A stretch of DNA of 64,000 bases from Mobula hypostoma (lineage: Eukaryota): the NCBI RefSeq assembly GCF_963921235.1, contig NC_086107.1:110362001-110426000 (forward strand), given 5' to 3'. The position numbers and the translations under genes were made by a program. The notes under the pieces are model-generated. The model did not search any database. It was not told the origin of the DNA and saw only the letters and a list, made by a program, of their open reading frames with translations. Position 1 is the stretch's first letter. Each line of letters begins with the position of its first letter. Below are positions 12,570 through 25,500 of this stretch, in pieces.

Positions 12570-13794
12570 CTTTAGCCAGAATCTGTGGTGAAAGAAACGG
12601 AGTTAACATTTTCAGGTCAATGCAGAGAGAAAAGCCCTTTCTGACCTGTTGAATATTTTGCAGCATTTTTCCTCTTTTATTTCAGACTGTCTTTAGAGTC
12701 ATTTTGGTGCAGTGTTTGCAACAGGATGGAGAGCTGGATTACCACAGCTGATTGGGTCTTCAGCGCACCAGAGCAGCCGGCAACGATTTGGTCAGTTGGA
12801 AAGACGGCTCCCAGTTCAGCACCCTAAACAACAAGGTTGGACCTTTCACCTTGTGGGGAGCCCAGAGCACGGCGAGAACATCCTTTCAGACTAAGGAGTT
12901 CCCCACAGAAGGGGATCAGAGGACTTTGTTCTCTTGGGGAGGTGGGGGAAGTTCTGAATCTGGAGGATTCAAGCGCTGGGCCGAATTGGAAAGGTCAAGT
13001 AGAGGTTGAACGGTGGCAGTGGGGTCCAGGTGCCAGAGCGAGCGAACCCGATGTTTGGATGACGGTTTAGGTGTCGGGCCAGATCGAAAGTTCAGGACGT
13101 CGGGACCCAAGATGAGGGTTGGGCTGGTTCAACTCGCTGCCCCGCTCTGCGCTGAAGTAAGGGTCCGGGGACAGACTCTCTCTGTGAACTTCAGTTCAGA
13201 GCACTATTTGCTTGCCTTTTATTGTTTGCATGACTTGTTTCTCACCTCCCCCTCCCCCCCCCCCCCGCACATTGGATGTTTGACAGTTGTTTTTAATGGA
13301 TTATTTTGGGTTTCCTTGATTCATGGCTGCCTGTCAGGTGAAATCTCAAGGTTGTAAAATGCATACAGACTTTGATAATAAATGTACTTTAAACTTTGAA
13401 CTTTGAGGAGGTGAATAGGTTTTTAGATGATGGGGGAGCAGGTAAGAAAGTTGATACCAGTCTGTTTTTTTTCCCTTCTGTCTTTAGACTATCCGCCAGG
13501 GTTATACATTAACTGTTCTGCCTGTTCTGTTGTCTAAACAGTGACTCGTTAAGAATGAATCACTGACACAGGGTGACTTTGAAGCCTTCTCACTCTGACC
13601 CATCACAAGAATTCCATTGTTTCTGACCGAAAAAAATACAGATAAAGGTCGACTGTTTACTCTTTCCCATAGACGCTGCCTGACCTGCTGAGTTCCTCCA
13701 GCATTTTGTGTGCGTGTTGCTCTGGATTTCCAGCACCTACAGAATTTCTTGTGTTGCAGATAGGAAGTGTTTGCACCCATGGGAGACAAAGACA

Positions 13795-14510
13795 ATAAAG
13801 CGTAAGACCATAAGATACAGGGGCAGAATTAGATCATTTGGCCCATCGAGTCTGCTCTGCCATTTCGTGCAACACACACAAAAAACCAGAAGAAGTCAGC
13901 AGGCCAGTCTGCATCTATGGAAAAGAGTAAACAGTCGACATTTTGGGCCGAAACCCTTCATCCGCCCTTTCATAATGGCTGATCCATTTTCCCCCTCAGC
14001 CCCAATCTCCTGCCTTCTCCCCATAGTCTGTGGAGTTCACTGCCAAATCTGTGGAATTCTCTGCCACAGGAAACTGTTGAGGCCAGTTCATTGGCTATAT
14101 TTAAGAGGGAGTTAGATATGGCCCTTGTGGCTAAAGGGATCAGGGGGTATGGAGGGAAGGCAGGTACAGGGTTCTGAGTTGGATGATCCGCCGTGATCAT
14201 ACTGAATGGCGGTGCAGGCTGGAAGGGCCGAATGGCCTACTCCTGCACCTATTTTCCAGTATCTATGTTTCTATATCCCTTCACGCCCTCACTAATCAAG
14301 AACCTATCAACCTCTGCCTTAAATATACCCAATGACTTGGCCTCCACAGCTGCCAGTGGTAATGAATTCCGCAGATTCACCACTCTCTGGCTAAAGAAAT
14401 TCCTCCTCATCTCCCATCTAAAAAGACATCCCCTCTATTCTGAGCTGTGTCCTCTGATCTTAGACTCCCCCACCGTGGGAAACCTCCGCTCCACATCCAC
14501 TCAATCCTCT
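13795..14510. mobile_element. Nested CR1 fragments: young 3' end (about 14046-14272, +) inside an older minus-strand CR1 3' end
   Basis: 14046-14272 is close to the reverse complement of 58575-58800; the flanks are a diverged CR1 3' end. Confidence 0.75.
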
Positions 14511-15276
14511 CTATGGAGGCCTTTTGACATTGACTGTCCTTCATCATGACTGTGAGAAGTTAATAGCAAAACAAATCTTGCACCATGGGGCAAAGGGGCC
14601 AGGGTGAAGTGTAGAAAAATGGTTCAGCATTAGTTACAAGTAGATAGCAAGTCTAGAGATAACAGGAAGATTGTAAGGTACCAACCTACCAGAATTGAAG
14701 AGATTAGATAACTGACACTGTTCTCTGTGCAGGAGTTCAGTCATGCAAGAAGAACACACATCTGTAAACATTTTAGCAAAAATAGTGCTAAGGGTGCTAT
14801 AACCCTGCAACTCATGTTCTCAGTATTATTTATTTTAGTTTATTTGTACAATTTGTCTTCCTTTGCATGCATAGTTCTTCATAATTTGTGTTGTACTTTA
14901 TTTTCCTGTAAATACCTGCAAGTCCTGAAGAAGGGTCTTGGCCCGACACATCGACTGTTTATTCATTTTCATAGCTGCTGTCTTTTCCTGCTGAGTTCCT
15001 CCAGCATTTTTGTGCGCTTTGCCTCAGGGTTGTGTACGGTGACATGTATGCACTTTGATAATAAAACTTACTCTGAACACTATTTCTCTGCATTTTACAT
15101 GGAAAGGATACTCAGAATCGGGTTTATTCTCGTATCAATTATCAGTTATGAGTAATTGCTGGAGGAACTCTGCATCTATGGAAGCAGTCGACATTTCAGG
15201 CCAAGATCCTTCAGCATCTGCAGATCTTCTCTTGTCTGTGATCAGTTATGAGTACTCGTTATACTCATTTATATCG

Positions 15277-15575
15277 GAGCCACGGTGACGTAGTGGTTAG
15301 CGCGATGCTATTACAACTCAGGGCGTGACGGAGTTTGCAATTCAATCTCGGCTCCATCCTGTAAGAGGTCTCCATATGCCCTCCCTCGTGGAATGTGAGG
15401 GCTTTCTCCGGGTCCTTCAGTTTCCTCCCACAGTCCCAAGACGTACCGGGTAGGTGAATTGGTCATTGTAAATTGTCCCATGATTAGTTTAGGGTTAATC
15501 GGGTTTGTTGGCAGTTGCTGGGGTGGTGTGGCTCAAAGGGCCGGAAGGGACTACTCCACACTGTATCGCGAAATT
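15277..15575 (+). mobile_element. HE1-like V-SINE (other copies near 16500-16680, 20160-20435, 27920-28085, 34735-34990, 39855-40090, 44000-44185, 49970-50100)
   Basis: tRNA-like head (GTAGTGGTTAGCG), then V-domain-like TTTCTCCGGG...TTTCCTCCCACAGTCC..AGAC, then a CR1-like tail. Confidence 0.75.
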
Positions 15576-16409
15576 AAAAAATATATATATATAGTGTGGC
15601 AATCAAGTCCTTGTCAAATGCAGCAGAAGAAAGCAGCAATTGGATTTGGATTAAAAAGAAAGACAACAACTGGGCTGCAAGATGAAGACGGGAGGGTATG
15701 GAACTGAGGGGAGTGTATCTGGGACGCCAGGTAGCACCGTTGAGCCCTCTGGAGACGTCGTGGGCTTATCAACGAAACGTCAAAGAATGAGGGTGCCCAC
15801 CTGATGACCCCGATGACGTACCTACCCTCCCTCCTTGTCACCACTCCAAACCCACTGCCAACATCGAGAGTGCCGACTTACCATAGGGATTGAAACATCA
15901 AGTCCTAGTAGCTCTGCTCTACTGGTTGATATTGCTATTTTATATACTACCATGTTATAAAATGCTGTGTGTATAAATGAGTACAATTATTAACAATTAA
16001 TATTGATGTTCAAAGTACATTTATTATCAAAGTACATATACTTTATACAACCTTGAAACTTGTCTCCTTACAGGCAGCCACAGAACAAAGAAACCCATTA
16101 AAACTGAAGAAGGCCATCGAACACCCCACGCGCAGAGAGAGAGGAAAAATCAAATTGTGCCAACAATAAAAGTAAGCAAATCATATTCGGAACTGAAGTT
16201 GACGAAGGCGAGTCCACAGCCAGACATCACCTCAGCCGTTTCAGAAGCTTGTCAGTTGCAGGCCTCAGCCCCAGTTCAGTGATGTATCGTGATTGTACCA
16301 CTCAGTGTCTTCTATAGTAATATACCTTAGTGGCAACCACGCTTGTCTATAATTCCAGAAAATGTTAAATTACTATGTAGTCAAACTGATCCGAAAATTG
16401 AAGTGATAA

Positions 16410-17682
16410 CACTGGACAACAAAGATTTTCCTTCCTGAATACTTTTGGGTGAATCCTATGGATTTGGGGCTGCTGATCATGAAAATCGATTGATTTATTG
16501 ATTGAGATACAATGCGTAATAGGCCCTTTTGGCCCTTCGAGTCCAGCAACCCCTGGCCTAATCATGGGACAACTTACAATGACCAATTAACCTACCAACT
16601 GGTATGTCTTTGGACTGTGGGAGGAAACCAGAGCACCCGGTGGAGACCCATGCGGTCACTGGGAGAACGTACAGGCAGTGGCAGGATCACCATGAAATTT
16701 CCCTGTCACTCACCATTTTTTTTGCAATTGCCTATATTTGCTATTACAATTCATAACTCAAGTGAATTAAGATGCTGCCCACAATGTAAGCTGAGAAGTT
16801 TTCTATCTTGTTCAGGCATGCTTAGGCCTAACAGGTTTTAGAAAGGATACAAATTTCCATGAAGGATTTTAATATTTGAGACAGATGTTTCCCAGAGTAA
16901 CTGATGCCAAGATTAAGGAAGGAATTTTTGTTGGTCCACAAATCAATCAGGTCATCAATGATAGACAATTTGAAGAACTTCTAGTGGGACTGCAGAAAAT
17001 TGCATGAAAAGCATTCAAGGGTGTTGCTGAAAATTTTCTTGGCAACTACAGAGCACCAAACTATGTGCAGCTGGTTGACAACATGCTTCAAGCACACAAT
17101 ACCATGAAGTGCAACATGTCACTAAAGATTCATTTTCTGAATTCCCACTTAGACTTCTTCCCTGCAAATTCTGGTGCTGTCAGTGATGATCATGGTGAAA
17201 GGTTTCACCAGGACATTGCGGTCATGGAGAAACGGTATCAGGGCAACTGGAATCCATCAATGCTGGCTGACTATTGTTGTACACTTGAGCGAGAAGCCTC
17301 AGACACTGAGTACAAATGAAAATCATCAACAAAACATTTTTAGCTTCGTTGAACTATTGCAAAGCATCAGCCCTGTTATGCAATTAAATGCATTATATTC
17401 AATAAAACAACAGCAAACAACAGGAATTCTGCAGATGCTGGAAATTCAAGCAACACACATGAAAGTTGCTGGTGAACGCAGCAGGCCAGGCAGCATCTCT
17501 AGGAAGAGGTACAGTCAACATTTCAGGCCGACACCCTTCGTCAGGAAGTTACTTGTTTCTCCAAATTCCTACGTGACGCAAGTAGTCTGAAATTATATTT
17601 GTGTTCAGCTTCAAGCTGTCTATCATAAACAAACAAAAAATTCTGAGGAAGCAACACTTGTAAAAAAATGTGTTGTCCAGCA
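16410..17682 (+). mobile_element. Chapaev3 (CMC superfamily) DNA transposon, internally deleted
   Basis: Left end CACTGGACAACA; right TGTTGTCCAG 17671-17680; TAA on both flanks (16407-16409, 17683-17685). Transposase remnant FPRVTDAKIKEGIFVGPQI...SLKIHFLNSHLDFFP...SDDHGERFHQDI..MEKRYQG.W...MLADYC. Confidence 0.85.
16887..17319 (+). pseudogene. Chapaev3 transposase C-terminal remnant
   Basis: The ORF 17065-17319 and the upstream in-frame segment are interrupted by TGA at about 17005; the N-terminus is missing. Confidence 0.8.
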
Positions 17683-17689
17683 TAATTAT

Positions 17690-19900
17690 TGCATGTATGT
17701 ATCATAGTAAAACGTCTATTATTATGGAACAATATGCATATATTATGTAGTAATGACACTGCTTGATATATTACCAATTATTACAACTGCTCTAAGTAAA
17801 ATTTAATAAAAAATGTTATTCAGTAGTAATATTGCATGGAATAGTGTGGTTTTGCATTGATTGATAAGAGCCGTGACACTACATATTGATAAGGTAAAAA
17901 TATTCCAAGTATCATTGGCTAATAACTTTGCTGCAACCTTGCATGATAAGCAGCAATTAAAGTCTGGGCAGAAGTGCTTGCAGCTTGCCTTTACTGCTCT
18001 GGGCAGATACACAGACTTGCAGGAACCAGAAACTGCAGCCATCATTTGACCTTCACCACTAGAGTCCAGTCGCATCTCTGACTAATTCCCTGCCGCTAGC
18101 TAAGATGGCGGCTGAGGTGCCGGCGGTGAATAATGGCTGACGGGAGCTCGGCATTATTTTTTAAAAAATTTTCCTTCGTGGTTCAGGAATTAGGAGGAAT
18201 GATATGGTGATGAGGCAGCCCGTTTGGTCTTGGGTCAGCACGAGCTCTTTCTGGATCCTCTCCTGCCTTATCTCTGAGGTTCGCTGAGTTGTTCGTTCCT
18301 GAGCCCTGCTCGACATATTAACCACCCTGATACAATCCTTCTTTGTTGCGACACAAAGGTGCCCTTTGTATCAGAGAGAGCTAAATATCTCTTGGCAGAG
18401 AGTCCCGGATCACTGTAGCCAACATTCTGTATATATTCTCTGTTTTTATAGCCGTTGACTATAATATTGCATTTCACAGCAAGGCTGGTGAAGGGTGGGG
18501 CACTGTTTGTGATTAATCAGGGATATTCAAACAAACTACAGTGGTTAAACCAGTTTACCAAAGTGCATAAACACAATACAGTCCTGCAGATAAAAGCCGT
18601 ACAGTTGGCAACACAAGCCAAACCAAAACAGAAACAGTCACTGTGACAATTCTCTTTTGTGTTTTTGTACTTGATAAAGATCTTCAGTCCACACAAGAAT
18701 CCGACTCTTTATCTGGAAGATGGCCGACAGCCTGTTGTTAAAACGTATTGTGAATTTCCATAAGAGCACAGATTAAAATGGTGAACTGCACAACGGTTGC
18801 ACAAGGACTCTCGGGTGTTTACGCAAGTCAGGCGCTGAGCTTGGTGCAGTGGTGGGGGATGGACGGGGAAGGGGTGGGGAGGGGAGGGGAGGGGTCTCAT
18901 TTGCAGACAGATGCGTGCGTGTGTGGTGCAGCGAGGAAAGCTGCTGTACTCCGGTCCGGATTTTGCACGCAGCCCTTGAGGAATTTATGTAGAGCCAGCT
19001 GGCTGAGACTGGATCAATCCGGTTCCAGCCGCCAAGGACTGCCGGCTTGTTCACTGAGTTATCAGCCCAGCCCCTGGGAGAATTAATCCAGGATAAAAAA
19101 ACCTATAGCTCACATACTGGCCCCCTTATTTTGCCATATGCTATAAATAGTATCCAGATTCCATTTTTGCGCAAATAAAGCAGAATACGCCATGTGATAG
19201 AGGCATTATTACCTAAACCTGACAGATTTATCCACCCTATTTTTCGCACGTTGGCCATTTTTGTTTTTCTAACACTATTTGTTAAGTTTAAAGCTCCCCG
19301 CTTTCACCCTTAAGAGAAGCTGGCGCTGAGATTGGCGAGGAGGGAGCTCCTGCCCCCTGGTCTCACCGCAGGCACCGATGTGTCCCAGCTGTCCGTTAGA
19401 TATCCAGGGGGGCGATAGCGGGGTTATGCCCTCGGTGCGAGCTGCAGGACTCCTGGGTTGAAGCCGCGGTGCTGCAGAGACGGTCAGGAAATTGAAGAAA
19501 TTTAGTACGATGTCCCCACAGAAAGTGTCGTATCCGGATGCTTAACGGCTTGGTATGGTAACTGCTTTATCCCGTGACCCCCAATAAACTGCGTGATGTT
19601 GTGGACCGTTTAACAACCACGTGAGCCTTGCCTTGTCCCCTTCCAGTTAGAGTACCCACCGGTAATGTGAGCCGTTGGGTCACATGGAAACTGTACGAGG
19701 CTGTCCTGCCCCTGTTCTGTGTGTGTGTGTGGGTTGGGGAGGGGGGAATGCAGACAATTTTTTTTTCAGCCCCACTTTGGATTTGAGGGCTAATTCGCCC
19801 CATTGCTGCAGCTCGCGTGGTTGTGAAATATCGCGGTGCAGAGACGGGGAGCAGGGAAAGAGAAGCAACTGTCCAAAAGATGAAGATTGTTTAATGTCAT
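17690..19900. promoter_or_regulatory. Repeat-poor putative regulatory island (enhancer or alternative promoter)
   Basis: About 2.2 kb with no recognisable TE in a TE-saturated window; locally CpG-rich. YY1 18102-18112, paired Sox sites 18353-18369, E-boxes 18996 and 19135, MEF2/TATA CTATAAATAG 19141-19150. Confidence 0.55.
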
Positions 19901-20939
19901 TTCCTGCACACAAGTGTAAATGAGAACAAAATAATTGTCACTCTGGATCTGACACAGCACAAAAAAAAAATCAAAGATAATAAAACACAATAATACAAAA
20001 AAACACAGAATGAATACAAATACATAAACTAGCTTACAGACATAAAGTGACACTGGGCTGTGCATAAGGTGACTGATGGGGAATTGGAGATAGCGGGTGG
20101 AGGTGTTAGTGCTTGGGGAAAGGAACTGATTTTGAGTCTGGAGGTCCTGCCATGTTTTATTTATTTACTGAGGTAAGCGTGGAATAGGCCCTTTCAGTCC
20201 TTCGAGTTGTGCTGCCCAGCAGTTCCTCCTGATTTAGTCCTTAGCCTAATCATGGGACTGATCAATTAGCCTCCCAACTGGTACGTCTTTGGACTGTGGG
20301 AGGAAATCGGAGCACCCAGAGGAAACCCATGCGGTCACAGGGAGAAAGTACGAACTCCTTGCAGGCAGCAGCGGGAATCGAACCGAGTTCACTGGTACTG
20401 TAAAACGCCGTGCTGACCGCTACACCACCCTGCCGCCCTGGACGCTACGTAGCCTCCTCCCTGAAGGGAGTGGGACAAGCAGTCCACGGGCAGGGTGAGT
20501 GGGATCCTTCATGATGCTCCTGGCCCTTTTTCCAGCAGCTCTCTGTATGTGTGTCCTTGGCGGGTGGGCTGGTGCCAGTGATGGGCGTCTGTAGCTTTGT
20601 TTATGTGCAGATCTTTGCAAGGGCGTCTGCGTTCTCCTCTGTGTGCTGCAAGGTGGGGCCGTGTCATCTGACCAGAGAGTCACAAACATCGGTAGGCGGT
20701 GATGTAATGTCTGCTGGGATTGGCCAGTGTGCCTGAAGCCTTCTCATTGGTTGTGATCTCACCAGTTGCACCTCCCAACCAGCGTGGTGAAAACCAGTTA
20801 ATTCCTATTTTGGTGATTTCATCTGCACACTGATATGAGATTCTAATTTTGCACTGTTCATTACACTGCAAGGCCAGGAACTGTTGCATCTTAATTATCA
20901 CCATTTTTATTGATAACTTTTATTGTTTTTTTTGTGCTT

Positions 20940-21415
20940 TTACCAGGATGCTGCCTGGTTTAAGGGCATGCGCTATCATGAGAAACTGGATAAACGAGGG
21001 TTGTTTTCTCTGGAGTGTCGGAGGCTGAGGGGAGATCTGATAGAGGTTTATAAGATTATGAGAGGCATAGATAGATTGGCAGAGAGTATCTGTTTCCCAG
21101 GGTTAAAATGTCTAATGCCAGAGGGCATGTATTGAAGGTGAGGAAGGTAGGTTCAAGGGGGATGTGAGGGGTAAGTTTTTTACTCAGAGAGCTGTGGATG
21201 CTGAATGCACTGCCTGATTTGGTGGTAGAGACAAATACATTAGAGTCTTTTAAGAGACGTTTGGATAGGCACATGGATGTGAGGAAGATGGAGGGATACG
21301 GACGTGGTGTAGGTAGGAGAGATTAGTGTTTGAATGTTTTTGATTTACTTTTCAGCTGGGTCAGTACAACATTGTGGGCCGAACAGCCTGTTCCTGTGCT
21401 GTAGTGTTCTATGTT
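20940..21415 (+). mobile_element. CR1 LINE 3' fragment (related copy 37325-37845)
   Basis: LDKRGLFSLECRRLRGDLIEVYKIMRGIDR. Confidence 0.85.
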
Positions 21416-21989
21416 CTTGTTAGCCGACCCAGAAAATAGCACATTTTGTAATCCGGTTACTCACCAGGAGATCCAGTTATTTTTTTCCCACAAAACAAGA
21501 GAAGATCTGCACACGCTGGAAATCCAAGCCACACACACAAAATGCTGGAGGAACCCAGCAGGCCAGGCAGCAGCTATGGGAAAAAGTACAGTCGACGTCT
21601 CGGCCCAAAACATCAACTGCACTTGTTTCCATCGATGCTGCCTGGCCTGCTGAGTTCCTCCAGCATCTTGTGTGTCTTGCACAACTATTTTCTTTGCCCC
21701 CAGAACTCCTTTTTAATTCATAATTTCCGATTTAAGCTTTTAAATTTAGTTATAGTCATGGTCATAGTCATACTTTATTGATCCCTGGGGGAAATTGATT
21801 TTCGTTACAGTTGCACCATAAATAATTAAATAGTAATAAAAACCATAAATAGTTAAATAGTAATATGTAATATTTATGTTTTCTTGTCAAAGTTATGTCT
21901 CTAATGCGCCATGTGATGTTGCTACAGGTAAGTTTTTCACTGCACCTGTGCATATATGTACTCGTGTGTATGACAGTAAACATGGATTT

Positions 21990-23045
21990 TTAATAGGTAC
22001 ACCTGCACACCTGTTAGTATCTAATTAGCATCTGATTAAATATCTAATCAGCCAATCAGGTTTTGAGCAGCGGCCAATCGGAGATCTGAAGCGTGAAGAG
22101 ACCTGGCTCGCTCAGGTTCACCAATTCGGTACACAAGGACCTGGGTTATAAGAAAAGGTTGAATAGGTTCGGACTTTATTCCTTGGAATGTAGAAGATTG
22201 AGAGGAGATTTGATAGAAGTTTACAAAATTGTGAGGGGTACAGATAGGGTAAATGCAAGCAGGCTTTTTTCCACTGATGTTGGGTGGGACTACAACTGGA
22301 GGTTAAGTGTGAAGGGTGAAAAGTTTATGGGGAACATGAGGGGAAACTTCTTCACAGAAGGCCGTGAGAGAGTGGAACGAGCTACCAGCGCAAGTGGTGC
22401 ATGCGAGCTCGACTTCAACATTTAAGAAAAATTGGGATAGGTACGCGGATGGGAGGGGTATGGACAGTTCTGGTCCCAGTGCAAGTTGTTGGCGGTAGGC
22501 AGTTTAAATGTTTCAGCATGGTCTAAATGGGCCAAAGGGCCTGTTTCTGTGCTGTACTTCTCCAAGGTTCTATGACTGTATTTGGCAGCAACTCAATGCA
22601 TTAAAGCATGCAGACATGGTCAAGAGGTTCAGTTGTTGTTCAGACAAAGCGTCAGAATGGGGAAGAAATGTGATCTAAGTGACTTTGACTGTCTAATGAT
22701 TGTTGGTGCCAGATGGGGTGGTTTGAGTACCTCAGAAACTACCGATATTCTGGGATTTTCACACACAGCTGTCTCTGGAGTTCACAGAGAATGGTGTAAA
22801 AAACAAAAACAAAAAATCTAGTGAGCCGTGGTTCTGTGGGTGAAAATCCTTGTTAATGTGAGAGGTCCGAGGAAAATAGCCAGACTGGTTCAAGATGACA
22901 GGTAGGCGACAGTAACTCAAGTAACCACTTGTTACAACAGTGGTGTGCAGAAGAACGTCTCTGAACACACATGTTGAACCTTGAAGCAGATGGGCGACAG
23001 CAGCAGAAGACCACGAACGTTCGGAGGGACAGGAGGTACACTGAA
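21990..23045 (+). mobile_element. Tc1-like transposon remnant with a nested CR1-derived insert (about 22040-22578)
   Basis: MGKKCDLSDFD..MIVGAR.GGLSTSET.DILGFSHTAVS.VHREW is a Tc1 N-terminal HTH region; homologous to 44486-45970. Confidence 0.75.
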
Positions 23046-23479
23046 TGTAGGTACGTGTTGTCGTAGGAGACATTGCTATTCTCAGTGCAGAAATGAACTC
23101 GAGAAGAAAAGGAAATGGATGAAGGACCTGCGAGATGAAGACATCTGGCAATCGTTGAACTTCCAGGAAATGAGGCAGACAAATGGGTTTCAGAGATTGT
23201 TTGGTTTTATTTTGACATTTCTTTGCCGAAGTGACTGTACTGAACAATGATTTACAGAACACTGGATATGAACGCTCCGTTCAGTTTTACCCACTGCATC
23301 CTGTGTGGGCGTAAGATCCGGAACAAACCGGACGTGATTGTTCCGCTATGTCTAATCATCGAATCTAGCACTCAGATCTGAGTCACACATGGTGCAGGGT
23401 CCGGGGGATTCTTCCCTTCCATGCAGTCTGACTGAACACAGCTTGACGTGACAACGCCGGGGAACATGGAAGGTGTGAC

Positions 23480-23903
23480 CATATAACAATTACAGCACGG
23501 AAACAGGCCATCTCGGCCCTTCTAGTGAGTGCCGAACTCCTACTCTCACCTAGTCCCACCGATCTGCACTCAGCCCATAACCCTCCATTCCCTTCCTGTC
23601 CATATATTTATTCAATTTAACTTTAAATGACAACATCGAACCTGCCTCAACCACTTCTGCTGGAGGCTCGTTCCACACAGCTACCACTCTCTGAGTAAAG
23701 AAGTTCCCCCTCATATTACCCCCAAACTTTTGCCCTTTAACTCTCAACTCATGTCCTCTTGTTTGAATCTCCCCCACTCTCAATGGAAAAAGCCTGTCCA
23801 CGTCAACTCTATCAATCCCCCTCATAATTTTAAACACCTCTGTCAAGGCCCCCCTCAATCTTCTACGCTCCAAAGAATAAAGACCCAACTTGTTCAACCT
23901 TTC
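23480..23903 (-). mobile_element. CR1 LINE 3' fragment
   Basis: ERLNKLGLYSLERRRLRG...FFTQRVVAVWN. Confidence 0.9.
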
Positions 23904-24014
23904 CAATGGCACACGAGGTCAAAAAAGAAAGACAGAAAGAGAATGTGGGAGCAATATGCGGTAGTTCAGAATTACATGGCGGGGAAAGATAGAACTAAAC
24001 ATAACCGTCCACAG

Positions 24015-24218
<204 letters not shown>

Positions 24219-24889
24219 GCTGAGAGAGCTCAGCAGGTTAGGCGGCATCCACGGGAAATGGGAGTGAACAAGCAGTTGAGTTTCCATCCTGAGAGTCCTG
24301 ATAAAACGCCGACTGTTTATTCCCCTCTCTAGATGCCGCCTGACCTGCTGAATGCCTGCAGCATTTTGTGTGTGTGTTGCCCTGGATTTCCAGCATCTGC
24401 GGAATCTCTTGGGTGTAAAGTCAATAAGTTGAGTTTGTTGCCATACGCGTGCGTACATATGAGCACAGTGAAAGGGAAAACTTACTTGTAGCAGCATCAC
24501 AGGAACATAACATCATATAAACAACATTCATAAGATAAACGTAAATTATACAGGTTTTTTACAAGAAGAAAACATAATTAGAATAAAAAAAAAGTCTGTT
24601 TTAGTGCAAAATGGTCAGAGTGCTGCTAAGCTGTAGTGGTGATTGTGGTTTTGTGGTTGAGGGAGTTAACGGAGGTTTGTACCTCCTACCCAACGATAGC
24701 TGGGGAAAAGATGGCACGGCCCAGATGGCGGGGAGCTCTGATGATGGGTGTTGCCTCATTAAGACATCCGGACTCAGCAGCATCATCTTGACCCCGAGTT
24801 CCTTTCCTCCCACCGACGCTGGCTGAGTTCCTCCAGCAGATTGTTTGATGTCCGGATTCCAGCATCTGTCGTCTGTCGGGTTTCTACTG

Positions 24890-25500
24890 AGAGATATCGC
24901 ATCACGGCCTGGTATGGAAACGCCAATGCTCAAGGATGGAAAAGCCTACAAAAAAAGTAGTTGATACAGCCCACCACAGAAAGAGCCCTCCCCACCATCG
25001 AACACATCTACAAGGAGGGCTGACACAAGAAAGCAGCACCCATTGTCAAGAACCCCTCCATCCAGGCCATGCTCTCCTCTTGCTGCCGCCTTTGGGGAGG
25101 AGGTACAGGAGTCTCAGACCCCAGACCAACAGGTTCAGGGACAGTTATTACCCTAGAACCAAAAGGCTCTTGAACCAGACTGGATAACTTCACTCATCTC
25201 AACCCTGAGCTGATTCCACAACCTAAGGACTCACTTTCAAGGAATCTACAACTCATGTTCTCAGTATTATCCATCTATCTATCTATCTACTTATCTATTT
25301 ATTTATGTACTGATTTTTGTATTTGCATAGTTTGTCTTCTTTTGCACGTTGGTCACTTGTCAGTGTTTGTGCGTAATTTTTGATCAATTCTATTGTATTT
25401 CTCTGTTCTACTGTGAACGCCTACAAAAAATTAAATTGCAGGGTAATATATATACGTACTTTGATAATAAATTTACTTTGAACTTTTAAACTTTGAACAT
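24890..25500 (+). mobile_element. Rex1/Babar-type LINE 3' fragment
   Basis: HPGHALLLLPPLGRRYRSLRPQTNRFRDSYYP; TTTGAAC-type tail. Confidence 0.75.
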
